Origin: Planctomycetaceae bacterium
Lineage (GTDB): Bacteria; Planctomycetota; Planctomycetia; Planctomycetales; Planctomycetaceae
Direction of reading: 5' to 3'
Length of the DNA: 64,000 nt
Assembly (NCBI GenBank): GCA_041398725.1
Contig: JAWKUE010000003.1
Coordinates: 339,263-403,262, forward strand
Of this stretch, positions 31,127-40,172 are shown piece after piece (position 1 is the stretch's first letter; the number at the start of each line of letters is the position of its first letter). A program made the translations under genes and the position numbers. The notes under the pieces are model-generated. The model was not told where the DNA came from, ran no database searches, and saw nothing but the letters and a program-made list of their open reading frames with translations.

Positions 31127-31214
31127 CCGCTAATTGACGCTAACAGGACGCTAACTGGCACAGATTCGCGATCGAGATTGCGATCATTGGCGTCCCGTTA
31201 GCGTTCATTAGCGG
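31127..31214. repeat. 88-bp palindromic element (25-nt arms, 38-nt spacer)
   Basis: CCGCTAATTGACGCTAACAGGACGC (31127-31151) matches the reverse complement of 31190-31214 (CCGCTAATGAACGCTAACGGGACGC) at 22/25. It directly abuts the truncated GNAT fragment. Confidence 0.85.
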
Positions 31215-31219
31215 TTTAG

Positions 31220-31507
31220 AAAATCAACGTCTCTGCTCCGCTGTTTTTTCGACTCGGCAGACTGGCAGTAAGTCGTCAGTTCCATGGACAGAGGCTGGGC
31301 GGGCAGCTGATACTCGCCGCTGGCCACCGATGCCTGCTTGCCGCCACCGAAGTTGGTGGCGTGGCAGTCCTGATTGACGCCAAGTCGGAACGCGCGGCGA
31401 AATGGTATGCCTCATACGGAGCGGTTGCTCTGTCAGACGCACCTCTCTCGCTGCTCTTGCCGCTCGCAACAATCCATGCCGCACTTGAAGCAAGCGGGAA
31501 GCTCTGA
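31220..31507 (+). pseudogene. GNAT-family (TacT-like) acetyltransferase toxin, 5'-truncated remnant
   Basis: The open frame after TAG 31217-31219 has no start codon. It encodes RLGRLAVSRQFHGQRLGGQLILAAGHRCLLAATEVGGVAVLIDAKSERAAKWYASYGAVALSDAPLSLLLPLATIHAALEASGKL. This resembles the C-terminal 95 aa of DUF1778-associated GNAT toxins. The first 70 aa or so and the antitoxin gene are missing. Confidence 0.6.
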
Positions 31508-31796
31508 TGCGTTTCTGTCAGACGTGAAAGACATCACTTCGGCCATTGCCCGGGTTCAAGACATGGTAAATAAACCCACCCCGTGATGCTCTCGATGTTC
31601 GTGGCATCCCCGGGTCTTAACCGCGCCCGAAATGCGAGTAAAGTAGAAGCTTTTGCGACGCTGGCTAAGAACAGATCCAGAGGGAGTAAACTGTTACGAT
31701 CATCACCAATTTCGAAGCTTTCGCAACGTCGCTTTACCGTCTTTCGTCTCATCGCCGATTTCCGCAGGCGTTTAATCGATGACACTTTTATTGGAG

Positions 31797-33203
31797 TTAT
31801 GAAAACACGAATTCCAGCTTGTGATTCGCCAGCCATGGGATTTTGATGTGGTCTTTGTCGAGCTGAGCCTCTCGCAGAATCGGGTTATGCGAGCGACGAT
31901 CAAGGTACACGACGATGCGGCGACCGGATTCAATTTCGACGGCACCGGATGTCTCCACGAACTTGCGATAGACGGCCTTGGGCTTGCTCAGATCGTAGCC
32001 GTGAAGTTGCCTTGCCAGCCAGCGATAGCAGCCGTTCGCAACCACAGTCAGCACGGTATCAAGATCAACATTCAAACGCACTTCGCTCGATAGACAATCG
32101 AGGTGAAAGAAGTTCACACTGCTCCCCAACGCATCTTCGACACCATTGCGACGAGCGTAGTTTGTGACAAGATCACGGACCGTCACACTGAAGTTGTTTG
32201 TGAGAAACAATGTGGGATGTTTGCGGCCCAGACCAGTGACTGCGATCTGTCGGATTTTGCCGTCGTAACCTGGCAGTTTGATGGATTCGTCGATGTAGCC
32301 AATCCTTTGATGACGACGCTTGGGAATATCGATCACTGCATCATGCCATGCGCTCTTCGGCATGTTCTGAAGACGCTTCAGGATATTGCTGCCACGACGG
32401 CGAATCGTCACAAATGAAACATCTTTCTTCTGTGTGATTTGCGATAACTCTTCGTACGTCGTGAGCTTCGAATCGAAGTACAGCCACTGTGGATTCTTCC
32501 CCATCAGCTTTCGCCAAAACTCGATGAATCTAAGGATTTGGCTGGACTGCTGCTCACGAGTCAGATTTGCGTTTGAGTAGCAAAAAACCTTGCTTTTTTG
32601 TTCAATTGCGAAGAATGTCAGCAGGCCTGGACCAGCCTTTCCACGCATCGGCTGGAAGTGGTTCTCGAGATCTGTTTCCTCGCCGCGATGCCCGATCGCA
32701 TGGAAGTCCAGCGAAAATGAATCAGCATCCGGAAACAACAACGGCGATAACTTTTTCACCCATCGTTCCAGAAGCTGTACTTGATTGTCGCGGATCGTCC
32801 GATACGAATAGTCGGTGGCGAAACTCTTCTTGGGAAGAATGTTGAGTCCTGCAAACAAACCGAGTGCTTCGTCACAGTTAAAGTCATCAATGTGACTCAG
32901 ACGTTCCTTGTCGAGCAGTTTGAGCGTCAACAGACTCAGTATCGCGTTTGCCGCCGGAATCATCTGCGTTCCAGGGTAGCCTGCTGCAGTCACGATCTGA
33001 TCAAATCGCAACTGCGCAAGGAGTGGCAAAAAGAGAAAGATTCCTGCGTGGCGGGTGATCAGTCGTCGGCCTCGTTCCATGGACAGCGCCTGAACATCGG
33101 CGACGGGGATGTCTACGTCAATGCAACCTGCGGTGACCGGTGGTCGTCCTCGTTGGACTTCCGAAAAAAGGGGGGCTCCGCGCTGTTGTCCTGACAGCGG
33201 CAA
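31797..33203 (-). CDS. DDE-type transposase, catalytic part (orfB)
   Basis: This 468-aa ORF has candidate acidic catalytic blocks SLDFHAIGH and WLYFDSKLT, plus NYARRNGVED (a Y-x2-R-x3-E pattern as in the IS4/IS5-type superfamily). The IS family is not assigned. Confidence 0.7.
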   Translation of the reverse strand: MPLSGQQRGAPLFSEVQRGRPPVTAGCIDVDIPVADVQALSMERGRRLITRHAGIFLFLPLLAQLRFDQIVTAAGYPGTQMIPAANAILSLLTLKLLDKERLSHIDDFNCDEALGLFAGLNILPKKSFATDYSYRTIRDNQVQLLERWVKKLSPLLFPDADSFSLDFHAIGHRGEETDLENHFQPMRGKAGPGLLTFFAIEQKSKVFCYSNANLTREQQSSQILRFIEFWRKLMGKNPQWLYFDSKLTTYEELSQITQKKDVSFVTIRRRGSNILKRLQNMPKSAWHDAVIDIPKRRHQRIGYIDESIKLPGYDGKIRQIAVTGLGRKHPTLFLTNNFSVTVRDLVTNYARRNGVEDALGSSVNFFHLDCLSSEVRLNVDLDTVLTVVANGCYRWLARQLHGYDLSKPKAVYRKFVETSGAVEIESGRRIVVYLDRRSHNPILREAQLDKDHIKIPWLANHKLEFVFS

Positions 33204-33367
33204 AACTCACTGACCCAGTTGCGAACCGTTCCGTAACTCACCTCAAAACGAGAGGCCACGTCCTGCATTGATTCGTCTTCAACAAACACAGATCGAAGTA
33301 CTTCGTATCGTCGATGATTCGGTTGTCGTGGCTGTAAAAAGTAAGCCGCTCGATTGTTCACGTCCAT
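33113..33367 (-). CDS. Transposase N-terminal HTH part (orfA)
   Basis: It has the helix-turn-helix-like sequence SMQDVASRFEVSYGTVRNWVSEF. It overlaps orfB by 91 nt, and the overlap contains the run CCCCCCTTTTTT (33175-33164 on the minus strand), with orfB in the -1 frame. Confidence 0.65.
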   Translation of the reverse strand: MDVNNRAAYFLQPRQPNHRRYEVLRSVFVEDESMQDVASRFEVSYGTVRNWVSEFCRCQDNSAEPPFFRKSNEDDHRSPQVALT

Positions 33368-33653
33368 GTTTCCCTCCCTGTGAAATTGTCATCGATTTAT
33401 TCCCTCCGGAAGGCCACATTATGACTCTCAGATTTGGACCCCACAAAACACAAAATCGCATTTGCACCTGAGAAAACCCTGCCCAAACCCGCTTGCACGT
33501 TTCGGAGACACCAAATTTAGAAACCGCAGAATCGCGAATTCACGCCGATAAATCGATGACAGAATCGCCGCAAAAACACAGAATTCACAGCGTTTTCTCA
33601 ACAGACCGCCGCAAATTTGTCATCGACTTTAGCCCTGCGGAAATCGGCGTTGA

Positions 33654-34694
33654 ACAAAGTCCCGAAATCGAAGGGGGAAGTAATTAGGAGAATAGCGTCG
33701 GGCGGACTCCTTACAGCGATTGCTCTGTCCAATTTTTCAAAAGCGGACAACCATTGGGCTGAAATCTGCGGGTGGACACTGTTTGCATCGGGTGCGCTGG
33801 CTGTCGCTGAACGAAAGCAACTAAGTGACGCAGAATTCCAGAGATCAATTGATCTTGCGTGTCGTTTCATAATGAGCTCCCTTCAGCGATTGTGCGACGA
33901 ACTAAAGGCCCGCACTACATTGTTGGAAGGCAATTGCTTTTACGACGCTCCGTATCGAGTTCTCAACGTCCGCATTACTTACCTCTGCGGCTTGATGGCG
34001 TGGTTTTGGCTCTGGCGAAGGCAAGAGGGTATTTTGAAAGATGCGACAGACAACTTCATTATTTCGTTCGTCCGTGACAACAAAATAAAGCCGTATCTTT
34101 GGGGAGAAGGCGCTGTACCTTTCTTTCTTGCAGTGTTTTATTTGCTGCGAATGACCGACGCAACGAAAAATCCGGATGAGTTTCTTGCATCAATGCTGCG
34201 TCAAGTCGTACGCCAAAACCCATCTCGGTCACCCATACCATTGGCTCAGCCATTCATTTCAGCTGAGGAGGTCTTGGCAAGGAACTTTGGTGTCAGCGAC
34301 GAGGTCATGCCTTTGGGGGCTCAAGGAAGTTCGTACACTGCCGAAACATTACTCCATTGTCTTGTGCGTCGAAACAGGAAACAGTCTGTGGCTTTGCTCT
34401 GGCCTGAATTCAGCAAGATTTGTTCTCAAGAGTTCATTCCAGATACTGGTTGGGAATTGCTTCGATGGCGAAACCTTGAGAGTGGTGCGATCAGTACTAA
34501 ATGCCACCCCCCCAGAGAAAAGCTGGGCAGACTTAAGACGGGAATCGAACGAAATCAACATCGAAGTTCCCGGCCGCCTCAAGCAACAAGGCTGGTTCAC
34601 TCTGTTATTTACGATGGTCCTGCCACACCGCCTGTGCCCTTCGATTGGTTTAGCCATCGACAATTGCTGGTCAAAAACCGATGACTCGCGGTAA
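33654..34694 (+). pseudogene. Hypothetical helical protein gene, apparently 5'-truncated by the IS and frameshifted at a C7 run
   Basis: The listed start at 33617 lies inside the IS inverted repeat. The plausible protein sequence (..EGNCFYDAPYRVLNVRITYLCGLMAWFWLWRRQEG..) changes frame at CCCCCCC 34507-34513. After it, the +1 frame looks more protein-like (SWADLRRESNEINIEVPGRLKQQGWFTLLF..). Confidence 0.4.
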
Positions 34695-34887
34695 GAAAAC
34701 GAAATCGAGTGGCCTCTTTTTGTCTCGTCCGAGTAAAACTTCCAACCATGGTTACTGTTTGAAACTGCGCGGATCGCCGGAGTCCTTCAGGCTATCCTCT
34801 AAATTTAGCGAGATCCGTAGCCGAGGTCATTAGATAGCTTCCGTGCCATCTTGGCCATCCGTTTCATTATTCCTTAGGAAAAGCCAT

Positions 34888-35871
34888 ATGCACCGCCGTC
34901 ACTTTCTTCAAAAATCTGCCGCGGCAGTCGCAGCCGCAGCTTTGCCATTTTCTTCCATTCAGGCAGCAGCGGTTCGCGAACCGCGCTATCAACTGGCTCT
35001 GGGACAGTGGACCTTCAATCGGGCGTTTCGAGGTGTCGAAGGGGTGGCGCGGCGGGATGCGCTGGAGTTTCCAACGATGGCGGGGGAACTGGGGTTTGGA
35101 GGAGTTGATTACAGTGGTATTTTGCTCGGCGAACATCATGCGAATCCTAAGTCGCTGACGGAATTGAATCGGCGTGCGTCGGATGCGGGGGTAAAGAATG
35201 TGCTGATCCTGATCGACCTGCATGATGCACTCGGTGCGAAGGATGTAGCGGTGCGGCAGGAGAATGTGGAAAAGTACAAACCATGGCTTGAGGCAGCCGC
35301 GACGCTGGGATGTATCGGCGTGCGGGTTAATCCGATCAGCGATGGTTCGCTGCCTGCGGATGAGCAGGCGAAGTTGCTGGCGGACGGGTTGACGCGGCTG
35401 CTGAAGTTCAGTGTACCCATGAAACTTGATGTGATGATCGAAAATCACGGTGAAGGTCTGCAGACCGATGGGGCATGGCTGGCATCGGTTGCGAAGCTGG
35501 TTGATGATTCTCACTGCGGCACGCTGCCGGACTTTGGTAATTTTCAGAAGAACCGTGCGACCGGTGAATATCACGATCGCTATGCCGGTGTCGCCGCGAT
35601 GTTGCCGTTTGCCAAATGCGTGTGTGCCAAGTCACTGGATTTCGATGTTAACGGCGACGAATGCTATTCGGACTACGCCAGACTGCTGAAGCAGGTCGCC
35701 GATTCGGGCTATCGCGGCTGGATTGAAGTCGAATATGAAGGCCCTGGACATGCAGGCGGACCGAAAGCCGAACGCACACCTGAGAAACCGCTCTCTGAGA
35801 CCGAAGGCTGCCTCGCCACAGAGCAACTTCTGGAGAAAGTGCTGGGAGCGGAGTTGGCCACGAAACCCTGA
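34888..35871 (+). CDS. Sugar phosphate isomerase/epimerase (xylose-isomerase-like TIM barrel) with a Tat signal
   Basis: The twin-arginine signal is MHRRHFLQKSAAAVAAAALPFSSIQA. Barrel motifs are GFGGVDY, VLILIDLHD, GCIGVRVNP, VMIENHGE and WIEVEYEG. Confidence 0.8.
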   Translation: MHRRHFLQKSAAAVAAAALPFSSIQAAAVREPRYQLALGQWTFNRAFRGVEGVARRDALEFPTMAGELGFGGVDYSGILLGEHHANPKSLTELNRRASDAGVKNVLILIDLHDALGAKDVAVRQENVEKYKPWLEAAATLGCIGVRVNPISDGSLPADEQAKLLADGLTRLLKFSVPMKLDVMIENHGEGLQTDGAWLASVAKLVDDSHCGTLPDFGNFQKNRATGEYHDRYAGVAAMLPFAKCVCAKSLDFDVNGDECYSDYARLLKQVADSGYRGWIEVEYEGPGHAGGPKAERTPEKPLSETEGCLATEQLLEKVLGAELATKP

Positions 35872-35956
35872 GATTTGTCGGAAAGAGCAGGGCATCTCGG
35901 GGCCACCTGTGTGCCTGATCGTTGCTTTCTGCAAACAAAGCGACGTCACAGAATGC

Positions 35957-36307
35957 TCAATCAATTCTCACGAATGTGCCGCGTAGATAATGTTCGTCAG
36001 AAAAATACAACGCGCGAATCTGGCACGGTTTCTCGACGATCTCTGCAACAAGACGTCTTTTGCCCGTTGGCCTGGGATCACCCGGATGAGCGACTCCCAC
36101 CTGAAACTCGCGATAGACACACCCGTCATCCAATCGCGGCAATGGACTTCCAATCCCTTCGAGCGGCAGATTATTGTTGTTGAAGATGCGAGGCAGGTGA
36201 CCAGCACGCAACTGCTCCTTTAGCTGAGCGATCGCTATCCGGACATCCTGTGGCAACGTTTGCGAAGACCGAACAGGAACCTGTGATTTGGCGATTTTTC
36301 CACTCAC
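35957..36307 (-). CDS. Barnase / RNase Sa (microbial N1/T1) family ribonuclease
   Basis: It is collinear with RNase Sa: LPQDVRIAIAQL (LPPEATDTLNLI), FNNNNLPLE (FQNRESVLP), YREFQVGVAHPGDPRPTGKRRLV (YHEYTVITPGARTRGTRRII) and YFSDEHY..TFVRI (YYTGDHYATFSLI). The listed start is GTG at 36307, and there is no signal peptide. Confidence 0.7.
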   Translation of the reverse strand: MSGKIAKSQVPVRSSQTLPQDVRIAIAQLKEQLRAGHLPRIFNNNNLPLEGIGSPLPRLDDGCVYREFQVGVAHPGDPRPTGKRRLVAEIVEKPCQIRALYFSDEHYLRGTFVRID

Positions 36308-36336
36308 GATATGTCTCCTGCCAAAGGAAATCCGCG

Positions 36337-36396
36337 GACCATTCTCGTCCAGACCATTCTCGTCCAGACCATTCTCGTCCAGACCATTCTCGTCCG
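36337..36396. repeat. Tandem 15-bp repeat (GACCATTCTCGTCCA) x4
   Basis: Four head-to-tail units, the last ending in G. They lie 30 nt upstream of the RNase start and in frame with it, reading LDENG x4 on the minus strand. Confidence 0.95.
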
Positions 36397-36430
36397 GATC
36401 AAGGGTTCACAAAGTGAATGCCACACGCAC

Positions 36431-37708
36431 TCACGTGACACCCTTGAGAAGAATCTCTTCGAACCGCGCAATGTCTGCTTCCGTATTATAAAGATGCACG
36501 CTCAGTCGGAAATCAACTCCATCGATATTAACGCCGCGTACCAGAACCTTGTTCTGAGTAAACTGCTCTTTCAACTTCTCGTGCCGGTCACGATCATCGA
36601 CACTGAAGCAAACCAGTTGTGACGCCATGGAACTTCCGGGGGGCGGACTTCTGGGAGTCACATGAGGCGTTTTCTCCAGAACGCTGTATAGCATATTGCG
36701 CAGACTCATCAAGCGGTCAAATACCGCACTGCGTCCGATTTGCCGGGTCCAGTCAAGCACAGCGCCCAGTCCGATTACCTCCGGCATGCTGCTCGTGCCT
36801 CGAATCGCCGTATAAAAACCCAAACCGTCATCAAGCTGCATCGGTGTAATCTGATCCCGCGCCTGCTCATTGATATACAGAATTCCGGTTCCCTTTGGCC
36901 CCAGCAGAAACTTGTGTCCGCTGGATGCATACGCATCACACCCCAGTTCCTTCACATTGACCGCTACACCACCGGACGCCTGGGCGCCATCAACGACCAT
37001 CAGACACCCGTGTTGATGAGCCAGTTCAGACAAACGCGCGATCGGTGTTCTAAGGCCGTTACTGAAATGAACATAGCTGCACATGATCACGCGTGTCTTC
37101 GGCTGAATCACCTTTCGGAAGGAATCGACGACTTCGTCTTCGCTCTGCGGTGGTGAATGAATCTCCGCCACATCGATTTCCACGCCGCGCGTCTTCTTCA
37201 GAAACTGAAAGGCTCTTAATCCGCCTGGATGTTCATGGTTACTTACTAAAACACGTTGTCCCGCCTGCAGATTGATTCCTTCGGCAATGAAGTTCATGCC
37301 TTCCGTCGTATTGCGCGTGACTGTGGCTTCCTTCGCGCTGCAGCCGATCAGGTCTGCAATCTTTGGAATGACGGCTTCCGCTTCCTGGAGGATCGATCCG
37401 AATCCTTCACCGGCTGGATTCGACTCGAGACGCTGACCAAGCGCGCAACGCGCTTCCACCACCGATTTCGGCGTTGCCCCCAGGGTGCCCGTATTTAGAT
37501 ACAGCAGACTCCTGTCCATCAGGAACTCCTGTGCAATCTTATCCCAATTGATGGTTGTCGTGCTGTCCGTCGCCGCTCCGGCTAACGTTCCTGTCAGTGC
37601 CGACGCGATGCCGCTCATCGCCAGCAAAGACGCGCGACGCGAGAACACATGACTCGAATGGCGAAGATTTGATGGCATGAATGGTCTCTCTGTTTTCAAG
37701 GGTTCCAT
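36431..37708 (-). CDS. Class-V aminotransferase / cysteine-desulfurase-like PLP enzyme with a Tat-type signal
   Basis: It has SRRASLLAMSGIASALTGTLAGAA and the PLP-lysine motif SSGHKFLLGPKGTGILY, plus DGAQASGGVAVNVKELGCDAY. The start is ATG 37708 or 37678. Confidence 0.8.
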   Translation of the reverse strand: MEPLKTERPFMPSNLRHSSHVFSRRASLLAMSGIASALTGTLAGAATDSTTTINWDKIAQEFLMDRSLLYLNTGTLGATPKSVVEARCALGQRLESNPAGEGFGSILQEAEAVIPKIADLIGCSAKEATVTRNTTEGMNFIAEGINLQAGQRVLVSNHEHPGGLRAFQFLKKTRGVEIDVAEIHSPPQSEDEVVDSFRKVIQPKTRVIMCSYVHFSNGLRTPIARLSELAHQHGCLMVVDGAQASGGVAVNVKELGCDAYASSGHKFLLGPKGTGILYINEQARDQITPMQLDDGLGFYTAIRGTSSMPEVIGLGAVLDWTRQIGRSAVFDRLMSLRNMLYSVLEKTPHVTPRSPPPGSSMASQLVCFSVDDRDRHEKLKEQFTQNKVLVRGVNIDGVDFRLSVHLYNTEADIARFEEILLKGVT

Positions 37709-38029
37709 AGAACGCCGTGCGTAAGACCGCTGCGACTGGGCAATCGGTGATACACGCGAAACGCGGATCTTAGACTGGCATCGACGAACGACACGTTCCG
37801 CTGCTCGAACATGGCCCGCAGCACACCGGAATCTATTGCATTTCAAGGCAGGAAGCGAGTGTCGCAAAATGCAGAGTAGGGCAGGGGAGCAGTCGCGAAT
37901 TTCGGTAGGTCCAGCCTGCCGGGCTGGACTTTCGCCGTCAGGCGAACCACAAGAGCGGACGTCCGCTCAACATCGACGTGTTGCCGTTCGAGAAATACGG
38001 ATCAGGTCGCAGGTTGCAGCAAGCTGCAA

Positions 38030-38089
38030 AGTCCTTTCCGGCAGAAAAGGACCTACAAAACACAGTCCTTTCCGGCAGAAAGGACCTAC
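38030..38089. repeat. Two tandem copies of a 26-27-nt hairpin unit
   Basis: AGTCCTTTCCGGCAGAAA(A)GGACCTAC occurs at 38030-38056 and 38064-38089. Each forms a GTCCTTT/AAAGGAC stem. They lie in a divergent intergenic region. Confidence 0.85.
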
Positions 38090-38438
38090 TTTGACAACCG
38101 TCCGCGACTGCACTCGCAGGGCAGGGCAGGGCGACACGTTGCATCGGATACAAAAGCATACGAATCGCGAGCGTCAGGGCATCAGTCCTCCGATACCCGG
38201 GCACGCGAATTTCTGAAGAAGTGCGATGCCGTGTCGCAGTCCCCCCGGTCCAGTAGCATGTGGCTGTGTGGCTGGATAGAATCTAAAGACAACGCCGCTT
38301 GACGTTCCAGGATCGCAATTCCGGGCGATTTTTACCGAGACGCAGGTGGGTGCGGACTGCTGTAGTTTCAGATAGAACGAACATCGCCGCAGAAATCTGT
38401 CGACAGATTTTTTTTGCGGTTGGCTGTGGAGAATAAGA

Positions 38439-39032
38439 ATGGCTGAAGCATCCGATGATCTGAATGACCGGCTGACGCGTGAATTTGCCAGACGCGAAAA
38501 GAAGACGAAGCAAGTCTCGGTTCAGTCAAATGCTGAATTGATGATCAGGGATTCCGGTGAACCAGCGCCTGCGTCAGGCACATCGACTCCGACACCATCG
38601 GCCAGTGACGTGGAACGCGATCAGATGGGAATGATCAACCGCCTGCGTCTGCGAAATGCTGAGTCTGCTCATCAGCTCGAACGAGCTCGACTGGCATACC
38701 GCACAGAAATGCAGTTGATCACACATCAGTCCGATGCGGCGATCCGCGAGAGTCGCGCTTTCTGGGATGCCAAGTCCGTTGAAGTCGCAGAAACCATCAA
38801 GACCTACGTGCAAGCCACAGTCCGGGCACTGGAAATCGATCGGCTGGATTCCCGAAACGCTGATATTCAGCGTGCCTACGAAGTTGCAGCCGCCGCCCTT
38901 GAAAACGCCAGGACAGCAAAACTTCCGGAAGTGCTGAAGGATCGATTGATACAGGATGTGCTCGACAACTTCGAAAGAACATTGTCGCGGATTCAGAATG
39001 ATACCATCGTTTCAAAATATGACCTGGATTAA
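38439..39032 (+). CDS. Hypothetical coiled-coil protein
   Basis: This 197-aa ATG ORF is charged and heptad-like over the last 130 aa or so. I recognise no family. Confidence 0.5.
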   Translation: MAEASDDLNDRLTREFARREKKTKQVSVQSNAELMIRDSGEPAPASGTSTPTPSASDVERDQMGMINRLRLRNAESAHQLERARLAYRTEMQLITHQSDAAIRESRAFWDAKSVEVAETIKTYVQATVRALEIDRLDSRNADIQRAYEVAAAALENARTAKLPEVLKDRLIQDVLDNFERTLSRIQNDTIVSKYDLD

Positions 39033-39147
39033 ATTCCGGTTGCACGTCTGTTTCCAGACGACCGCAGCGGCTGGTCGCTCCACCTGATATTTCCGCGGCT
39101 CAACGGCATGCACGACAGCCCCGAGGCTTCCTTCTTTTCTGTCAGAT

Positions 39148-39972
39148 ATGGTTCAGGAACCCAAAACCACAGATCATGAGACTGACGATGAATCACCGAA
39201 CGGAGTGATTCTCGTGGTGGTCGGTTTGTTCCTGTTTATTGCCGGCGTGGTTGTCGGCGCGATGTTGTATGCCTTTGGCCTGGCCGGGAGAAAATTCGAC
39301 GTTTCGCTGCTGCAAAGTGGCCTGGTGACGTTTGGCATTATCGCACTGGTTGTGGCTCTCGGTGTGACGGTGATGACGGCACTGATCAAATTGCTGTCGG
39401 TTGTCTGGCCTGGATCACTGAAGATCTGGTCTGAAGTCCGCCTGCTGCGCAGCGCAAAAAAGAACACACTGTCGCTCCTTGCGCGTCGGCACGAACTGCA
39501 GGAGGAACGCGCGCGGTTGACTGCCAAAATGCAGGCAACCTATGTGATGGAAAAAGAATCGGCAAAGGTCGCCAACCAGCAGGCGCTGCAGGAACTTCGC
39601 GGAGCCCTTCAGATTTCGATGGTTCGCAGCTGCGAAATTGTATTCGAACATTTGAATCGCACGTTGAATCAATATCATGAGTTAATTGCTGAAATTGAAG
39701 CATCGCCGCTGTCGGCCGTCGAGAAAAAACAATTGCTCGACGCACTGAGTCAAAAACTGAATGCCGAATCGCTTGAGCAGAAAAAACAATCAGCTCAGCA
39801 ACTGATGGAATCGGCCATTTGGGAGATTCGCTTCAATAAAGCTCGCATGCTGGCAAAGCGAAAAACAAGTGCCGCGATCGACTACCTTCGAAAAATTCGT
39901 CAGCGCACTGAAAGCCATCGAATTCTGCTCAAGATCGACGCCCTCATCCACGAACTGACAACGCCCGTATAA
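39148..39972 (+). CDS. Hypothetical membrane protein (2 TM) with a long coiled-coil tail
   Basis: Two TM helices (VILVVVGLFLFIAGVVVGAMLYAF and LVTFGIIALVVALGVTVMTALIKLL) precede about 180 aa of coiled-coil-like sequence. It is on the same strand as, and 115 nt after, the previous ORF. Confidence 0.5.
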   Translation: MVQEPKTTDHETDDESPNGVILVVVGLFLFIAGVVVGAMLYAFGLAGRKFDVSLLQSGLVTFGIIALVVALGVTVMTALIKLLSVVWPGSLKIWSEVRLLRSAKKNTLSLLARRHELQEERARLTAKMQATYVMEKESAKVANQQALQELRGALQISMVRSCEIVFEHLNRTLNQYHELIAEIEASPLSAVEKKQLLDALSQKLNAESLEQKKQSAQQLMESAIWEIRFNKARMLAKRKTSAAIDYLRKIRQRTESHRILLKIDALIHELTTPV

Positions 39973-40172
39973 CACCGATACAATACAGCAATTGCAGATT
40001 AGAGGTGCCATGCACTGAGATGACACGCCAAACAGACACGTGTGACAAAAGTAGTCATCACTCTCTGAGTGATGAATTGCGATTGAGAATGGCCGCATTT
40101 TCCGAATCCGTCATGCTGAAATTGAGGGTGACATGGACTTTTGTCGCACGTGTCCAAACAACAAGGATTGCA

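Larger units (their letters stand above)
31749..33653 (-). mobile_element. Insertion sequence (about 1.9 kb) with 20-bp terminal inverted repeats and two overlapping ORFs
   Basis: TCATCGCCGATTTCCGCAGG (31749-31768) matches the reverse complement of 33634-33653 (TCAACGCCGATTTCCGCAGG) at 19/20. The subterminal 9-mer TCGATGACA occurs at 31776, 33553 and, inverted, at 33387 and 33618. I found no convincing target duplication. Confidence 0.75.
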
